NCBI GenBank assembly: GCA_038087875.1
Contig: CM075988.1
Coordinates: forward strand, 26,414,001 to 26,478,000
Source: Malacoraja senta
Taxonomy: Eukaryota
DNA length: 64,000 nt
Reading direction: 5' to 3'
Under the pieces are notes generated by a model. It did not search any database. It saw nothing but the letters and a program-made list of their open reading frames with translations, and was not told the origin of the DNA. The translations under genes were made by a program, and so were the position numbers. Of the stretch, positions 37,156 through 51,804 are shown piece after piece. Every line of letters begins with the position of its first letter. The stretch's first letter is position 1.

Positions 37156-40100
37156 GTTTGTACCCTGGTGATTTTCTTAATAATTACTCTTAAGAGTGTA
37201 TGAACAAATCTAACAAATCTCTTGCCCTGCTGTCATCTCGGAGGAACCATCAGTTTGTTTTTATTACCACAGAGCTTAAGTCTTTCATCCCTGTGTAATT
37301 TATTATGAATCTTTTATGTACCCTTCAAGTCTTTAAAGCCATGGTGTCATAAATGGAGAAAGAATATATAACATTCTAGATGACGCTTAACCAGTATTAA
37401 AGATCCATGTTTCTCTATTTATTATGATTTTGTTTGGAAAAAAATCTTCTTAACCTGTCTTGGGGTCTTCAAAGATATGTACAGGTATCTCCCCACCTGG
37501 TCTCAGATCCGCACCATTTTATTTCAAATTGTTTTTCTTCATTCATCTTTCCAACATGCATCACCTAATGTTTCTGTTAATTCATGGACTGATTAATGGG
37601 CTGATCAATGGATTCAACTGCATAATTAGAACTTCAACACTGAGAATGTTGGCCTGGATGAGAACATTGTTGTTGCTTCATTTATCCAGAGCATATGGAG
37701 TACTCTTCAGAAGTAATATTGGTAGTAACTTTGGAAAAGCCTTGATTTTCACAACAATGTGAGATCGCTGTTGCCTGGTAGACCATAAATTTATCAGGTG
37801 TGAAGTTATGATCCACCATTCCTCAAGAGAAATTAAACAGCTCTATAGGCACCTCAGGCGGAGGACCAACAAAGAACTTTGGTTGAACAACCATATGGTG
37901 GATGGAAAGAGTGTGGAGGTCCCAGCAATTTGCTGATAATCATGACGTGCATGGATTCTTTAGCACTGTTAGGGTAATCAATAGTTCAACCTCCCATAGT
38001 CCCAATCTATTAGGAGGTAAGAACATGAGTGTTTTTTAAGGAGAAAGGCAGCAAATATCTGCTTGAAGAAACACTTAAGACCTTGTCCACTGTGATTTCA
38101 TCTTAGTCATGGGCAACCTTGACTCTGCCAAATAACAACCTTTTCGGATCAGCCATGCTATCGCTACTGATCAACAAGAAGTCAAAATGGCCATGTCCTT
38201 TCTAAAAGCGTACAGGACCTTGGGGTTTGACAGTGGCTATTCATCTACGAAGACCTTTAGTCACAAATCTCCAATCTCAATACCCACATCTGGAAAGAGA
38301 AAGATGTACTTGTACTTCAAGATGAGGCAGATATCAGCAGGAACATTACAATTGTCTAGAATCTCGCTGGAATTACTGAAAAAAATATATAAACAGTTTT
38401 CACCTTTAAAACTTGTGATGAGTATAAATAAAAATGAATTGAACCTTTGCCTGGTAGATTTTTGATGTTTGTTATCCTGGATCCCCAATGAAGAATGTTC
38501 CATGAGTGAAGTACAAGTAATAGGCTGGGGACCACTATTCCAACAGGAGTTTTACACCTTTAGGAGAGGACAACAACAATTAGAAATCTTTAAGACTGAA
38601 TGCAATAATCTACAAACAACAAAATTCAATCACAATATTATATACTTACAATGTGAGTGTTGATGTTATCTGCTTGTTTTATTAAAAAAGCCAAGACGTA
38701 TTTATGTGGCAAATTTGTATTTAACATTGCCCTACTCTACAATCAGATGGGAGAGTATTAGGGGGAACAATTTTAAAAAGCACTCAGATTCTTCATAAAT
38801 AACCTGCATTTTTTATGCTGAGGTGCCTTAATAATACCATTGACGTTAATACAATTTGCTCTAGATTTTCTAAAGAGTGGTTGAAAGGTGAGCACACACC
38901 TCTCAGTATGAAATTTGATAATCATTGGTACATATAATCAAAATATAATTAATTGCTGGTCCAATTACTTTTGAACTTGACAACCTGATTCCATGCATAA
39001 ATGTTTTGCACTGGATTGCAAAATATTTTTAAAATAAAATGGGATTCTGATTAAGATATAAAATACACCAAAAGATTTGCCACTATTATTATATGATAAT
39101 GTTTCTTTTTAATTCCTAAGAAATTGCATGATAGAAAATAAATATTTTCACTCGCTAGCTGCATGTGTATTGCAAAATGTGCCATTCACCAAATTAAGAC
39201 ATTTATGTAGTTGTAAGTACAACCGCTGGCTATTCCATTTTACCTTCCCTCTCTTGGGAACAAATGTTCTGTTCAACTTGAGCAGCTGCCCAGAATCTGC
39301 ATATGGTTTTCATAAGACTTTGAAAAAGTTTTCGTTCTTGCTAGTTCTTAGAATAGGCAAAACGTATTGCACATGTGCCCATTTGACACTTAATTTGCTT
39401 AACCATCACCAGATCCACCTAGCATTAACATTGTTTGATGTGGTCTATGAGGAATAAAATGAACAATAAACTGATGGAGAAACTCAGCGGGTTGAGAAGC
39501 ATCTGTGCAGGCAGTGGGATATTTGACATTTTGGGTTGCGGTCCTTGCATTGCGACTGAGAGTGTAGACAGAAGTTAAAGAGGAGAGATGAGACGGCCTA
39601 GTATGTGATAGATGGAACCAATTAGATGGGGGATGATGGGCAGATGGAACCAGGTGTGGTGGGAGTGTTTGGAGACTGGCGCTGGTGACGTGAAAATAGA
39701 TACGTAGATTTAAAAAATGTGCGGAAGGAGCCACAGGAGGAGAAGGCAGAGACAGATGTAACGGTGGTGAGATTCTGTTGTACCTGACGAAAATGGTTAA
39801 GGATGATGTTGGATGCGTACGCTAGTGGGATATGAAAGATGAGGACCAAGGGATTTTTCCCTTATGATAGGAAGGAGTGAGAGCTGGCATCTGGGAAATG
39901 GAAGAGTTTCCATTGAACACTATCTGGTCTAATTATTTTTTTCCAAAAACAATATTGTGACATAACTGGTAGAGCAGCTGCCTCACAGTGCTAGGACCCA
40001 GTTTGATTTTGACCTGAGGTGCTGTATGAGGTGTGCACATTCTCCCTGCGACCACATGGGTTCCTCTGGGTACTCTCTTTTTTCCACATCCCAAAAATGT

Positions 40101-40550
40101 GCCGATTTGAAGATTATCTGGCTTCCGAAAATTGTTCTAGAATATAGGGAGCGGATGTGAAAGTGGGATTACATAGAACAAGTGTGAATGGGTGATCGAT
40201 GGTCAGCGTGGACTGAAGGGCCAGTTCCAATGCTATATCTTTCAATTCAATCAATTGAGCAATCAAGTACTGCTTGTGGAGATTACTAATTTACAAAGTA
40301 ATCTGCAGTTCCTATTCTTCACACATGAATCAACTCACTCCTTCCACTTTTTACTCCAATAAGTTTGATAATCAGAGACATTTTTGTCTGATTGTTGTTA
40401 ATGACCAGCCAACTCTGCTACTCCCCTTGTTCCTACTCCATCTACATCTGAAATAAAAAGAGAAAATACTCAGAAGAAATGCAGCAGGACAAGCAGCATC
40501 TACGGAAAGAGAAACAAATTATATTCCTTGAAAGGTTGAAGACCTTTATC

Positions 40551-41570
40551 TAGCAATGTTACAAAATTTTGAGATTTTAAAAATCAAGTCTGTAATTTAT
40601 CCCATCAGATAAAGCATACAAAGACGTTTAATTTGACACCTAATTCACTTTAATATCTTCAGTATTAAAACAGTTATGGCCATTTTCATACTCGGAAATT
40701 AGCATCTTGTTCCCTATTGCTTTTCCATTGACTTAACACAAAAGCTGTGATCGAGGACAGTCAAAAGCCCATAACTTTCTTAAAAATTAAGAGAACTGAA
40801 AGAAATGTTCAGTTATTATAGATTGAAGCATTCTGAAACAAATATGAAACAATCTTACTTAGATGACATGAAATTAAAGCATATAATTAGTTAGTTACTT
40901 AATTGTAGCTAATTAAAAAATTCAATCACTAGATCTAAACATCTATCAATTTCTTAAGAATAGATTAACATTTTTAAATAGCCTAAGTGTCCAAATAACA
41001 TTCACACAAGAATTCACAATAACATAATTTTAAAATCTCATTGTCATGGATTTATAGGCCAATTGGAAGGAATTTAATGTTTAATACCTGTAAATTAATG
41101 GGCATTTAAATCATCTTGTGAGTGGGTTTTTCTGGAACGCGATCAATTGGAACGTTGCATTTGCGGTGAATTTAACCCCGTATTGGCATGAAAAATACTG
41201 CCGGTTTGTTCGGGGGAAAAATCACCGTTTCGCAATTTAAAATGTGCACTTTTATACATAAAATAAACGGCTTTCGTTTACCTGTCCCGTGCGTGAAAAT
41301 AGTCCCCGTTGTCGGCGTTGACGGCTTTAGAAGCTGATTTTAAAATAACTCCAGAGCTGAAATTGTCGGGCGAATAAAAATAAAAAATACACAAAACGCC
41401 TGTCGGAACGATTCTTCCGCAAAAGCTTGCACTCCAACGAAATATAATTCAGGACAAGGTAGGAAAAACCCGTGTTTTAACCCCGCCCCCCCCTCAAAGG
41501 CGCCAAAATCGCGCACACGGCCAGTGGCAGAATTGCAGCGCCGCTGAAGGTAAGTATTGCAACATACTTA
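40551..41570. mobile_element. Non-autonomous DNA transposon (hAT-like)
   Basis: Imperfect TIRs TAGCAATGTTACAA / TTGCAACATACTTA, flanked by duplicated CTTTATC (40544-40550, 41571-41577). Confidence 0.7.
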
Positions 41571-41619
41571 CTTTATCAGAACTGAGAAAATGAGAAAGCA
41601 AGACAGACTAAGTCATCTA

Positions 41620-42485
41620 TAGCAATGATTTGGATGAAAAAGTACATGGCATGATTAAAAATTGCAGCAGGATCTTGATCGGTTAGGCAGGTGGGCTGAG
41701 GAATGGTTGATGGAATTTAATACAGAGAAATGTGAGGTGTTGTATTTTGAGAAAGTCTAACATGGACAGGACCTACGCAGTGAATTGAAGGGGTCTGGGG
41801 AGTGTTGTAGAGCAGAGGGATCTAGGAATACAGGTACATAGTTTCTTGAAAGTGGCGTCAGGTACATAGGGTGGTCAAAAAGGCTCAGTCAAGAGTAATG
41901 AGTAAAAGAAGTTGAGAGGTCATGTTGCAGTTATATGAGATGTTGGTGAGGCTATATTTAGAGTATTGCATTCAGTTTTGGGCACCATGTTTTAAGAAAG
42001 ATGTTGTCAAGCTAGAAAGGGTGCAGAAAAGATTCACAATTATGTTGCCAGCACTCGAGGACCTGAGCTATAGGGAGAGATTGAGCAGGCTAGGACTTGA
42101 AGCTCTGGAGGATGATGGGTGATCTTAGAGGTGTACAAAATCATGAGATGTATAGATTGGGTAAACGCACAGAGTCTCCTGCCCAGAGTAGGGGAATGAA
42201 GAACCAGAGGATATAGGTTTACGGTGAGGGAGGAAAAATTTAATAGGAACCCGAGGGGTAACTGTTTTACACAACGGGTGCTGGGTGTACGGAACGAACT
42301 GCTGGAGGGCGAGGTTGAGACAGGTACTATCGCAATGTTTAAGAAACATTTAGACAGGTACATGGATAGGATAGGTTTAGAGGGATATGGGCCAAACGCA
42401 GGTGGGTGAGACTCATGTAGTTGGGACATATTGGTCGGTGTGGCGAGTTGTGCCGAAGGACCTGTTTCCACACTACATGATTCTA
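41620..42485 (+). mobile_element. CR1 LINE 3' fragment
   Basis: LVRLYLEYCIQFWAP...LERVQKRFT; the 3' tail resembles the copy at 40-636. Confidence 0.85.
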
Positions 42486-44359
42486 AGTGGCAGAAATGTT
42501 TGGGTAACTCCTTCTCTGTTCAGATGAAAGATCTTCAACCTGAAAAGATAACTTGTTTTCTTTCCACAATCCTGCTCCCAATCCTGCTGAATCTTTTCAG
42601 CAATTTCTGTTTTGAAATGCAGATTTCCAGCATTTGTAGTTGCTTTCATTTCCATCTATACTTGCGTTTATTGGATCTGAACCATTTCCTTGCTCCTATT
42701 ACTACTTCCCACAGTGGCTGTAAGTATCCTGTACCACATACAACTTATTATTGCTGGGCCACATTAGTTTGAGATCACTCAAGGGCTCAAATTTTCAATT
42801 CTAATATTCCTGATCAGATCCTTTGTAACCACTAAATTCTCTATACTAGAGTGGCCATAATAATGAAACTGCCATCAAGCAAACAGCCTAGTAATAAATC
42901 AGAGCAATCAAATATCCACAGCAGTAGAGTTAACAAAGCTCTACTTAGCCAAAATAAAAACAATATAAGTGATGGTGGGGGGTGGGGGGCTGTCCAAAGA
43001 AGATGGGAATAGGAAAGATGGAGTCACAGTGAACAATCTATAAAAATAAGGGTTACTGTCAAGGAATGAACTTTACTAAAAACTGCAATATTTAAGATTA
43101 TAAAGAACTGTAACATGCAACTGTTACAATTAAAATCATTATTTTGGGTTTACTTGTATAGTTTAAGATTGGCTTTATTATTGAGCCAAGATGGTTTGTC
43201 ATGGCAGCTTCGTTGCCTATACAAACAGATAACCAAGAAACTTAAAGTAACAAAAGAGATGTATGTTAGGTTCGATAAATTAGGGCATTCTGAAGTATTT
43301 TACCACTAGGTAAACTAGGTAAAGGAGGAAGTATAATGGAGTAATTAATTAATTTTGATCTGCTTCATGATTCCATTTATTTGATTTGGTTCTGTAATCC
43401 TAACAAAATAACCTAACAAAAAACCAATTCATCTCAGTTTTAATGAAATATTTTGGGTTTGCTATACATCATGGCCACTTTCTTTCCAATTTTTGAAATT
43501 CAGCATTCAAAATAGTCCTGGAGGAATTGAATTTATGTTCATTACATTTTTACGTAATTTGTTTAGATTTTAAATCACCAGTCACAAATAGAATTGAAAC
43601 AAGAGGTGAAAAGTGTTTGGGACTTTAGGTTTAAGAAGCAACTGCAGATGCTGGAAAAATCGAAGGTAGACAAAAATGCTGGAGAAACTCAGCGGGTGAG
43701 GCAGCATCTATGGAGTTTATCTAGGGACTAGGTGTTTTTTTTAAATAAGCAACATAAATACTCAGTAATCCACAACTGTGGATGTCTATGTCAGTTAACA
43801 TTTGTAGAACAGAAACATGAGTTTTCTCGATTAAAAAATCTGTCTTCAACTATAGGACTGATATTTTTTGGCTTTTGGGAGTATAAAAAAACCTGGCACA
43901 AGCAAAATTATCAAACTCATAGAAACATAGAAAATAGGTGCAGGAGTAGGCCATTCGGCCCTTCGAGCCTGCACCGCCATTCGATATGATCATGGCTGAT
44001 CATCCAACTCAAATGTTTATCTTTGCCATGTGTTGTCAAACTTCACTTTCATTTCCTTGATTTCATATTTCTCCTATAAATGTATTTTATTTCTGCTCAG
44101 TTGGACAAGGAAAATACAAAAGATAGTATAATATAGTTAAATGCACAAAAAAAAAGTTGAACTAAGACTAATTGATCTAAAGGAGTAACAAGCTCAATGA
44201 AGGCTAACTGTTTTCAAGTAAATCTGAATGCAAGAAATACATTGGAGATTTGCCTACAAAGGTATTTGGAGTAGTTTGATGCACACAAGGTCACCTTCAC
44301 TTGCAGGTGGGTGTAGGAGAGGGAAGTTGCTTCCTCTTTGATCTTTGCTTCCAATGGCT

Positions 44360-44647
44360 AGATGTTGGGCAGCGCGCATGCGCGCGGATGCAGCCCAGGC
44401 CCCGGGGTGAAAGCGCGCTTGCGCGCGGATGCAGCCCAGGCCCCGGGGTGAAGGTGCGCACCGCTCAGACGCGGGGCTGCGCATGCGCGTCCGCCCTGGC
44501 GCGCGCGGTTGGCGGTTGGCGGTTGGCGGTTGGCGGTTGGGGTTTGAATGTGCGCGCGCGGCCGTGGCGGGAAGGTGAGAAGGCGCTCGCCTCCTCCTCC
44601 TCCTCCTCCCTCCACTGAACAGGTGGGCAGTGGGAGCTTGATGGTAG
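44360..44647 (+). promoter_or_regulatory. TEX12: TEX12 CpG-island promoter / first exon
   Basis: CpG-dense. NRF1-type GCGCATGCGC twice, (TTGGCGG)n, TTTGAA at 44543 and GGCGGGAA at 44566. A candidate ATGGTAG|GTATCA (44641-44647) splices in frame to the 47326 exon; the start is uncertain. Confidence 0.65.
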
Positions 44648-45244
44648 GTATCAACGCACAGGACACTGCAGATGCTGGAATCTAGAGCAAATATTTGTTT
44701 TTAAAACCATGCTGGAGGAACTCAGCAGATCCAACAGCATCAGTGTTTTTTATTGTCACCTGTACCCAGATACAGTGAAAAAACATTGCATGCACAACAA
44801 CGCAACACAGGTGAAGCAGAGAGTGAAATGAGGAAAAAATACCAGAGTGCAGAATGTAGTGTTACATTGAAAGCGCACATAAATAAAAGTGTTGGTCTGC
44901 TGTGAGGTAGGTTGGAAGAGTGTGTCCACACACTTGTTTAAAGGAAGACCTGATGTGAAATTCTGAGGAAATGGAAACATTGATGTGCTTCCTCTGAAAT
45001 TGCATCCATATCATCTCGATCCACAACAGATAATCAGACTGAATGAAGGGTCTCGACCCAAAACGTCACCCATTCCTTCTCTCCAGAGGTGCTGCCTTTC
45101 CCGCTGAGTTACTCCAGCTTTTTGTGTCTACCTTCAATTTAAACCAGCATCTGCAGTTCTTTCCAACACAGATAATCAGACATGTGCAAGCCTCGTAATG
45201 AGAAGCTGTTGATTCTCTCCACTGCCACTGAAGACAGGTGCATT

Positions 45245-46230
45245 TTATTTATTGAAGTCAACAATCAATTCCTTTGTCTCCTGGCACCACTGGAACAAGT
45301 TATCAATCCCCCGCCTGTAGTCTGAATCATTATCTGTCATTCGTCCAACAACAGTGGTATCAGTGGACAGTAAACTGGACTGGTCCAGGAACGCTGAGGC
45401 ACTGTATAAGAAGGGACAGAGCCGTCTGTACTTTTGGAGGAGGCTCCACTCTTTCAACGTCTGCAGTAAGATGCTGCAGATGTTCTACCAATCGGTGGTG
45501 ACCAGTGCCATCTTCTACGCTGTCGTGTGCTGGGGAAGCAGGGTGAAGGCCATGGACGCCAACAGAACCAACAAGCTCATCAGGAAGGCTGTCTCTGTCC
45601 TGCGGGTGGGGTTGGATTCACTGGAGGTAGTCTTGGAGGGGAGAATGCTCCTCAAACTGTGGGGCATCTTGGACAATACAGCTCACCTCTTCCATGACTC
45701 ACTGGTCAACCTGAGGAGCACCTTCAGCAACAGACTGGTTCCACCAAAAAGCAGCACAGAACGCCACAGGAGATTATTTTTCCCTATAGCTATCAAACTG
45801 TACAACTCACCTCCCCCCCAGACTTGGCCAGGGATGCAGCCCTGAGGTGCCCCAGTGCTGGTGGCCAGTGAGGAGGACGTGTTGCTAATTTGTACTGATG
45901 GAGGTGTGTTGATGAGGAAGCCAAGGATTAATTTGCGCAGAGACCCATTTCCCTGAGTTTGATGTTAAGTTTGAAAGGGATCTGTTGTGGCGATGGATAA
46001 ATTGAAGTGGATCCAAATCCTGTCTAAGGCAGGAGTTGATGTCCATCATAACCAACCACTCAAAGCACTTCATAACAATGGATATGGCGGGTGCCACCAG
46101 TTGGCAATAGTTGAGGCATATTCCTTGCTCTTCTTGTGTACTGATATTATGGATGTTTATTAAAGTAGGTGGGGTTCTTGGACTTTAGTAGTGAGAGATT
46201 GAAGATATCTACAAAAACTCTGGCCAGTTA
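45245..46230. mobile_element. Rearranged Rex1/Babar-like LINE fragments in mixed orientation
   Basis: Minus-strand RT pieces ([14 protein letters not shown]) flank a plus-strand C-terminal piece (KGQSRLYFWRRL). Confidence 0.7.
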
Positions 46231-47325
46231 GTCCATGTGGATTTTATGAAATTGGGTTGTCTGCATCCATGCTGGAATACTGGCAGGAAGTGCTCTCCTC
46301 CACCTGTGCACTTCAATAAAATGAGTGTGGAGTGAGTTACCAAGGCAATGTGCAGATGCTGCCGGTGTGAGTTTGTGTTGGTTGGGCTGCTCTCGTACTA
46401 GGGTGAGATGTGGCAGGCATGTTGAGTGCATGCCACTGCTGGGGACCCTCAGTGACTGTTCCACATGTTACATACTAGCCAAATCCTATGTTCTCTCATC
46501 ACCTGTTCGATATGATGGAAGATACTACTTTCCCTTCTCTGTTCTCCCCAGCTGTGTAATTTCTCAATGCAATTGCTATTGAACTTGCTCCAATCTTCAC
46601 GGTTTCTGACCCAGCAATAAACAGGCAGATGTTTCTGGCACAGCAGGTAAATATACACATCAAAATTACTCCATGTAGCACTGATTCCATGAGCATTCTC
46701 ATTCCTGGGAATACAACTTGTGTGCTAATTGAATTATCGGTGTACTTACCGCCATCTATGGATTATTGTCCATTTTTCTTGTACTTTTGTATGGTACATC
46801 TAGACACTTTTCTCTCAAAGACATTAAAGAATGGTTTTTGTCTCACGATCATTTGCCTTTTAGGTTTGAGTCTTGCATTATCTAAAATCGAATTTGAATT
46901 TCCATGCTGTTTTAGTGGAACAAAATGATACTGTACCGAGACCAAAATTTGAAATTTCGCTGCTAATCATAGGGTAATCTTTGCTCTCAGTTGTAATTAA
47001 AATAATTCCTTGGGGCGGAGTTTATTTTAAATGCAGCACATTCTATAGCTCTAGTGTATTATCATTTCACAAAGAGTCTTACAAAATAATATAGATGTGT
47101 ATCATTGAGTGAAAAAGCATCCTGATCATTCGTTTTGCATATTATATAATACTTAAAAGATTTGAGGAACAACAAAAAATTGTCCATGGCAAACTCTGGT
47201 TTTGCACTTTTATTTGCAATGTATGATGGAGAAGGTAAAGTTAGATGTAAAGAACATGAAAGTTTCAAAATGATCGTACTGGTGTAATAGAAATTAATAA
47301 CAGTAAAATGTTTTAACTCATTTAG

Positions 47326-47393
47326 AGACTGATGTGACTATTCCAATCAAAATTGCTGAGACCAAAGGTGCAAAACATAGAGAAGAAATGGAG
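47326..47393 (+). CDS. TEX12: TEX12 exon (TDVTIPIKIAETKGAKHREEME)
   Basis: TTTAG acceptor and GAG|GTATGT donor; open in the frame that joins the next exon in phase 0. Confidence 0.7.
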
Positions 47394-49292
47394 GTATGTA
47401 AGCTATTCTTTTATGCTGTTTTTCTTCTAAGATTTTGGCTTTCTAAGCTTTGGTAAACTATTGGTTAGGGAAGAACTTCATAGGGAAGATGTGATTTAGA
47501 TATAACATCTAAATCACATCTTAACAGCAATGGCACACAATGTACTGGAGTAACTCAGCGGGTCAGGCAGTATCTCTGGAGAACATGGATAGGTAACGTT
47601 TCAGACAATGATTTGATCACAGAATCATTCAATTTATATGTACAATATGTTCACCGTCCATCAGTTGGTCATCATACTCGGCCTCATCGTACTTCCCAGT
47701 ACTTGTTCATAGCCATTCAGGATATTCCTCTCCAAGTACACATGTGAGTACTGTTTTTGTGTGGTATGGGTTTCTGCCTCTACCACCCTTTAGGCAGTGA
47801 ATTCCAGACACCTGCCATTCTCTGGATGAAAAGATTTTGCTTGGATGATTTTTCTTTCAACTTACGATAATGTCATTCCAAAGAGTCACTTCACTTAGGT
47901 AGTGCAAACAAAATTCCACCTGAAAAACTTTAACAAAAAATTAAATGGTATAATGAACTTGTGTGCAATATCAAGCACAGAAGCAGAACATTTGGCCTCA
48001 ACCATTGGTACACTGACAATTAATGAGGTCAATATTTTCTAACCACCATAAATTCTATATTTTTCAGTTTTTTTTTTTCCTTTCTCCATTCCAGATAATT
48101 AATTTTGGACTTCATTTAATTTAATTTCAAAAGTTCCTCTATGTGAGAGACCAAAGGAACAAACAAAATTCTCGTTATCTCTAATGAATCAGGCTTGGAG
48201 AAAAAGTACAGTGAGCTCAGCATCTGAATGAAATAATTTATTCTGATATTTTTTTCCTGTTAGTGTCATGTTTAACAGTTTTTTAATTAAATATCAATGT
48301 TAACTTTTAGTTTTTCTCTATTAGTTTGAACATAAAAGCAGAAAAGATCTAATTGGGCTGTGATGAAGGTCTACTGTTTCTGATTTATTTCCACCCCTTG
48401 GAGGCAAACCAAACAAATCTGAAACATTAATTTTGGTTCCTTGCCTTGTGTGCTTGACTAGGCTGAATGTTTCTAACATTTGTATTTGTTTGGTATTGTG
48501 TAGTGTTCAGTTTCAGTATATGATTCTTGTTCATTGGTTGTTATTTCAGATATGCCACATATAAAGTCATGTTTTGATTGGTTAGAAGCTAAACTTTGCC
48601 TAGAATACAAGTAATGAATGTGCAGGAAAGCACTGCAGATGCTGGTTTAAATCGAAGATAGACACAAAATGCTGGAGTAACTCAGCGGGACAGACTGAAC
48701 AAGGGTCTTGACCCCAAACGTCACCAATTCCTTCTCTCCGACACCACCCCCAGCCTGCACTACCTTCCAGGTGGCATAGGTTTAAGGGGAGATGAAAAAA
48801 ATGTAAAGGGGATCTAAGGGACAATTTTTTCACACACAGCGTGGTGTGAATAAAGAGTGAGCTACCAGAAGAAGTAGTTAAGGTTGTATGATTGCAACAT
48901 TTCAAAGAAAATTAGACAGGTACATGGATAGGAAATATTAGAGGGGTATAGGCCAAACAAATGGGACTAGCTCAGCTAAACAACCTTGCATGGACGAGTT
49001 GGGCCAAAGGCCTGTTTCCGTGCTGTAAAACTCCCAATCTAAACTCCCGACTTTAAACATCCCAATCTTTTGCTAAATTTGTTTTCCCGCTCATAATGCC
49101 TATTTTACAGACGCTCTAGCACTTGTACAATGCCAAGTAAGGTGAAATGCCAAGTAAGTTGGACAGCCTCATTGGCCGTTAAAAGAAAAAAGTGAGACCG
49201 TTTTTCAAAATCTTTTACTACTGGCTTTGAATTTGCTCAGTGATTTTAAAGCAAAAAATGAACAATATGCCTGCATGCCTTGTATATTACAG

Positions 49293-49404
49293 ACTGAATT
49301 CACTGAAACAAATATTCAGACCAAACGGCATGCAGCTTTGGCTTCTGTTTCAGATGGAGGAGCTTTCTCTTCTAATTCAGAATCAATGGAAAAACTCATG
49401 CATG
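49293..49404 (+). CDS. TEX12: TEX12 exon (112 bp; TEFTETN...ESMEKLMH)
   Basis: TACAG acceptor, GTAATA donor, phase 0 to phase 1. ESMEKLMHD aligns with mammalian EALEKDLND. Confidence 0.82.
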
Positions 49405-49921
49405 GTAATAACACAAAAATGCACCAAACATTATTTTTAAATGTTAAATCGATATTACTGCCTTTGAAATGTTTCTTAAAAAACAATTACAACTTTGTAT
49501 TGTGGTAGCCAATACAGAATAATAAGTAACTAATTCTAAATGGATTGAAACAATTCATTCTATGTTTCTATGTAATACCAAAAAAGTCCAAAAATATATT
49601 TTTAAGTTGTTGCAAGTTTACTTCAAAGTAATTATCTGTTTTTCCATCTTACATATAATTTCTAAGCTTATCTTTTCCATTAGTCCCTATTTCTATGAAA
49701 TTCCTAATCACCCCAATGTGTTTCAAAATGCAATCATTGATTGTATAGGTCCATGGGATGCCTTACGGTCATGAAAAACACCCTTTGAATCTTTTCTACT
49801 GACCTTCCTGCATGTAACAAAAGTATTACCCATCCAACATTTGACATTGAACACATAGCATAACATTTTTCAATTTTATGCAGAATATCCTTCAATGAAA
49901 GAGTGTATAATCAATTGAATT

Positions 49922-51220
49922 GTTCAAGTTCAAGTTCAAGTGAGTTTATTGTTATGTGTCCCTGATAGGACAATGAAATTCTTGCTTTGCATAGTAGGCA
50001 TTTACTACAAAACAGATCAGTGTGTCCATATACCATAATATAAATATATACACACATGAATAAATAAACTGATCAAGTGAAAATAACAGATAATGGGTTA
50101 TTAATAATCAGAGTTTTGTCCGAGCCAGGTTTAATAGCCTGATGGCTGTGGGGAAGTAGCTATTCCTGAACTTGGTTGTTGCCGTCTTCAGGCTCCTGTA
50201 TCTTCTACCTGAAGGTAGCAGGGAGATGAGTGTGTGGCCAGGATGGTGTGGGTCTTTGATGATACTGCCAGCCTTTTTGAGGCAGCGACTGCGATAAATC
50301 CCCTCGATGGAAGGAAGGTCAGAGCCGATGATGGACTAGGCAGTGTTTACTACTTTTTGTAGTCTTTTCCTCTCCAGGGCGCTCAAGTTGCCGAACCAAG
50401 CCACGATGCAACCGGTCAGCATGCACTCTACTGTGTACCTGTAGAAGTTAGAGAGAGTCCTCCTTGACAAACCGACTCTCCGTAATCTTCTCAGGAAGTA
50501 GAGGCGCTGATGAGCTTTCTTGATAATTGCATTAGTGTTCTCGGACCAGGAAAGATCTTCAGAGATGTGCACGCCCAGGAATTTGAAGCTCTTGACCCTT
50601 TCAACCATCGACCCGTTGATATAAATGGGACTGTGGGTCCCCATCCTACTCCTTCCAAAGTCCACAATCAGTTCCTTGGTTTTGCTGGTGTTGAGGGTCA
50701 GGTTATTGTGCTGGCACCATATGGACAGTTGCTCGATCTCTCTTCTGTACTCTGACTCATCCCCATCAGTGATACGTCCCACAACAGTGGTGTCGTCAGC
50801 GAACTTGATGATGGAGTTCGCACTGTGACCGGCTAAGCAGTCATGAGTAAAGAGTGAGTACAGCAGGGGGCTGAGCACGCAGCCTTGAGGTGCTCCCGTG
50901 CTGATTGTTATCGAGGCTGACACATTTCCACCAATACGAACAGACTGTGGTCTGTGAATGAGGAAGTCGAGGATCCAATTGCAGAGGGATGCGCAGAGAC
51001 CCAGTTCTGCGAGTTTGGTAACCAGCTTGGAGGGGATGATTGTGTTAAATGCCGAGCTGTAATCGATGAATAACAGCCTGACATATGAGTTTTTGTTGTC
51101 CAAGTGGTCCAGAGCGGAGTGGAGGGCCAGTGAGATCGCATCCATCGTTGATCTGTTGTGGCGGTAAGCGAACTGCAGTGGGTCCAGGTTTTTGTCGAGG
51201 TAGGAGTTGATTTGCTCCAT
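49922..51220 (-). mobile_element. Rex1/Babar-clade LINE, 5'-truncated (RT and 3' end)
   Basis: [14 protein letters not shown]...[15 protein letters not shown]...KFADD; (CTTGAA)n tail at 49922-49940. Confidence 0.9.
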
Positions 51221-51804
51221 TATCCAAGATCAACCATGAATACAAGAGACACAATAAAAAGCAGAGGAAAAAATACTGTAGTTTTACATAAATATAATCT
51301 ATTAAATATATTATGCAGACTTGCACATGTACAGGCAGTCCACAGGTTCTGTGAGAGTTCCATTCCTGAGCATTGTCCATAAGCCGATTTCTCCAGTCAG
51401 AAACATACATTTTCTGTAGTTACCCATATTGTTCATACAGTTGTTAGAATTATTTTCTTGATTTTTTTTATTGCACATGTAGCAAGATATAAAGCTTTGT
51501 GTGCTATCCAGGCAAATTATGCCATAATTTCTCACGGTAATGTAAGAGGAAAAGAAACAAAATGCAGAATAAAGTGTTATATCTTCAGAGAAGGTGCAAA
51601 ATAAGTGTAAGGGCTGCAACAAGATAGTTCAGGAGATCAGGAATTCATCCTTGGCGTCTGAGAGATAAATTCAAGAGTGTGAAAACAGTGGGAAAGATGC
51701 TGTTCTTGAATCTAGTGATATGTGCTTTCAAGCCTCTGTATCTGCTGCCTGAGAGAGGAGGGAGAAGAGAGAATGACCAGGCTATGTGCGGTTCTTGAAT
51801 GTGT

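Noticed and set aside
37640..38350. Possible ancient RTE-like LINE remnant
   Set aside because: Too degenerate to classify by eye.
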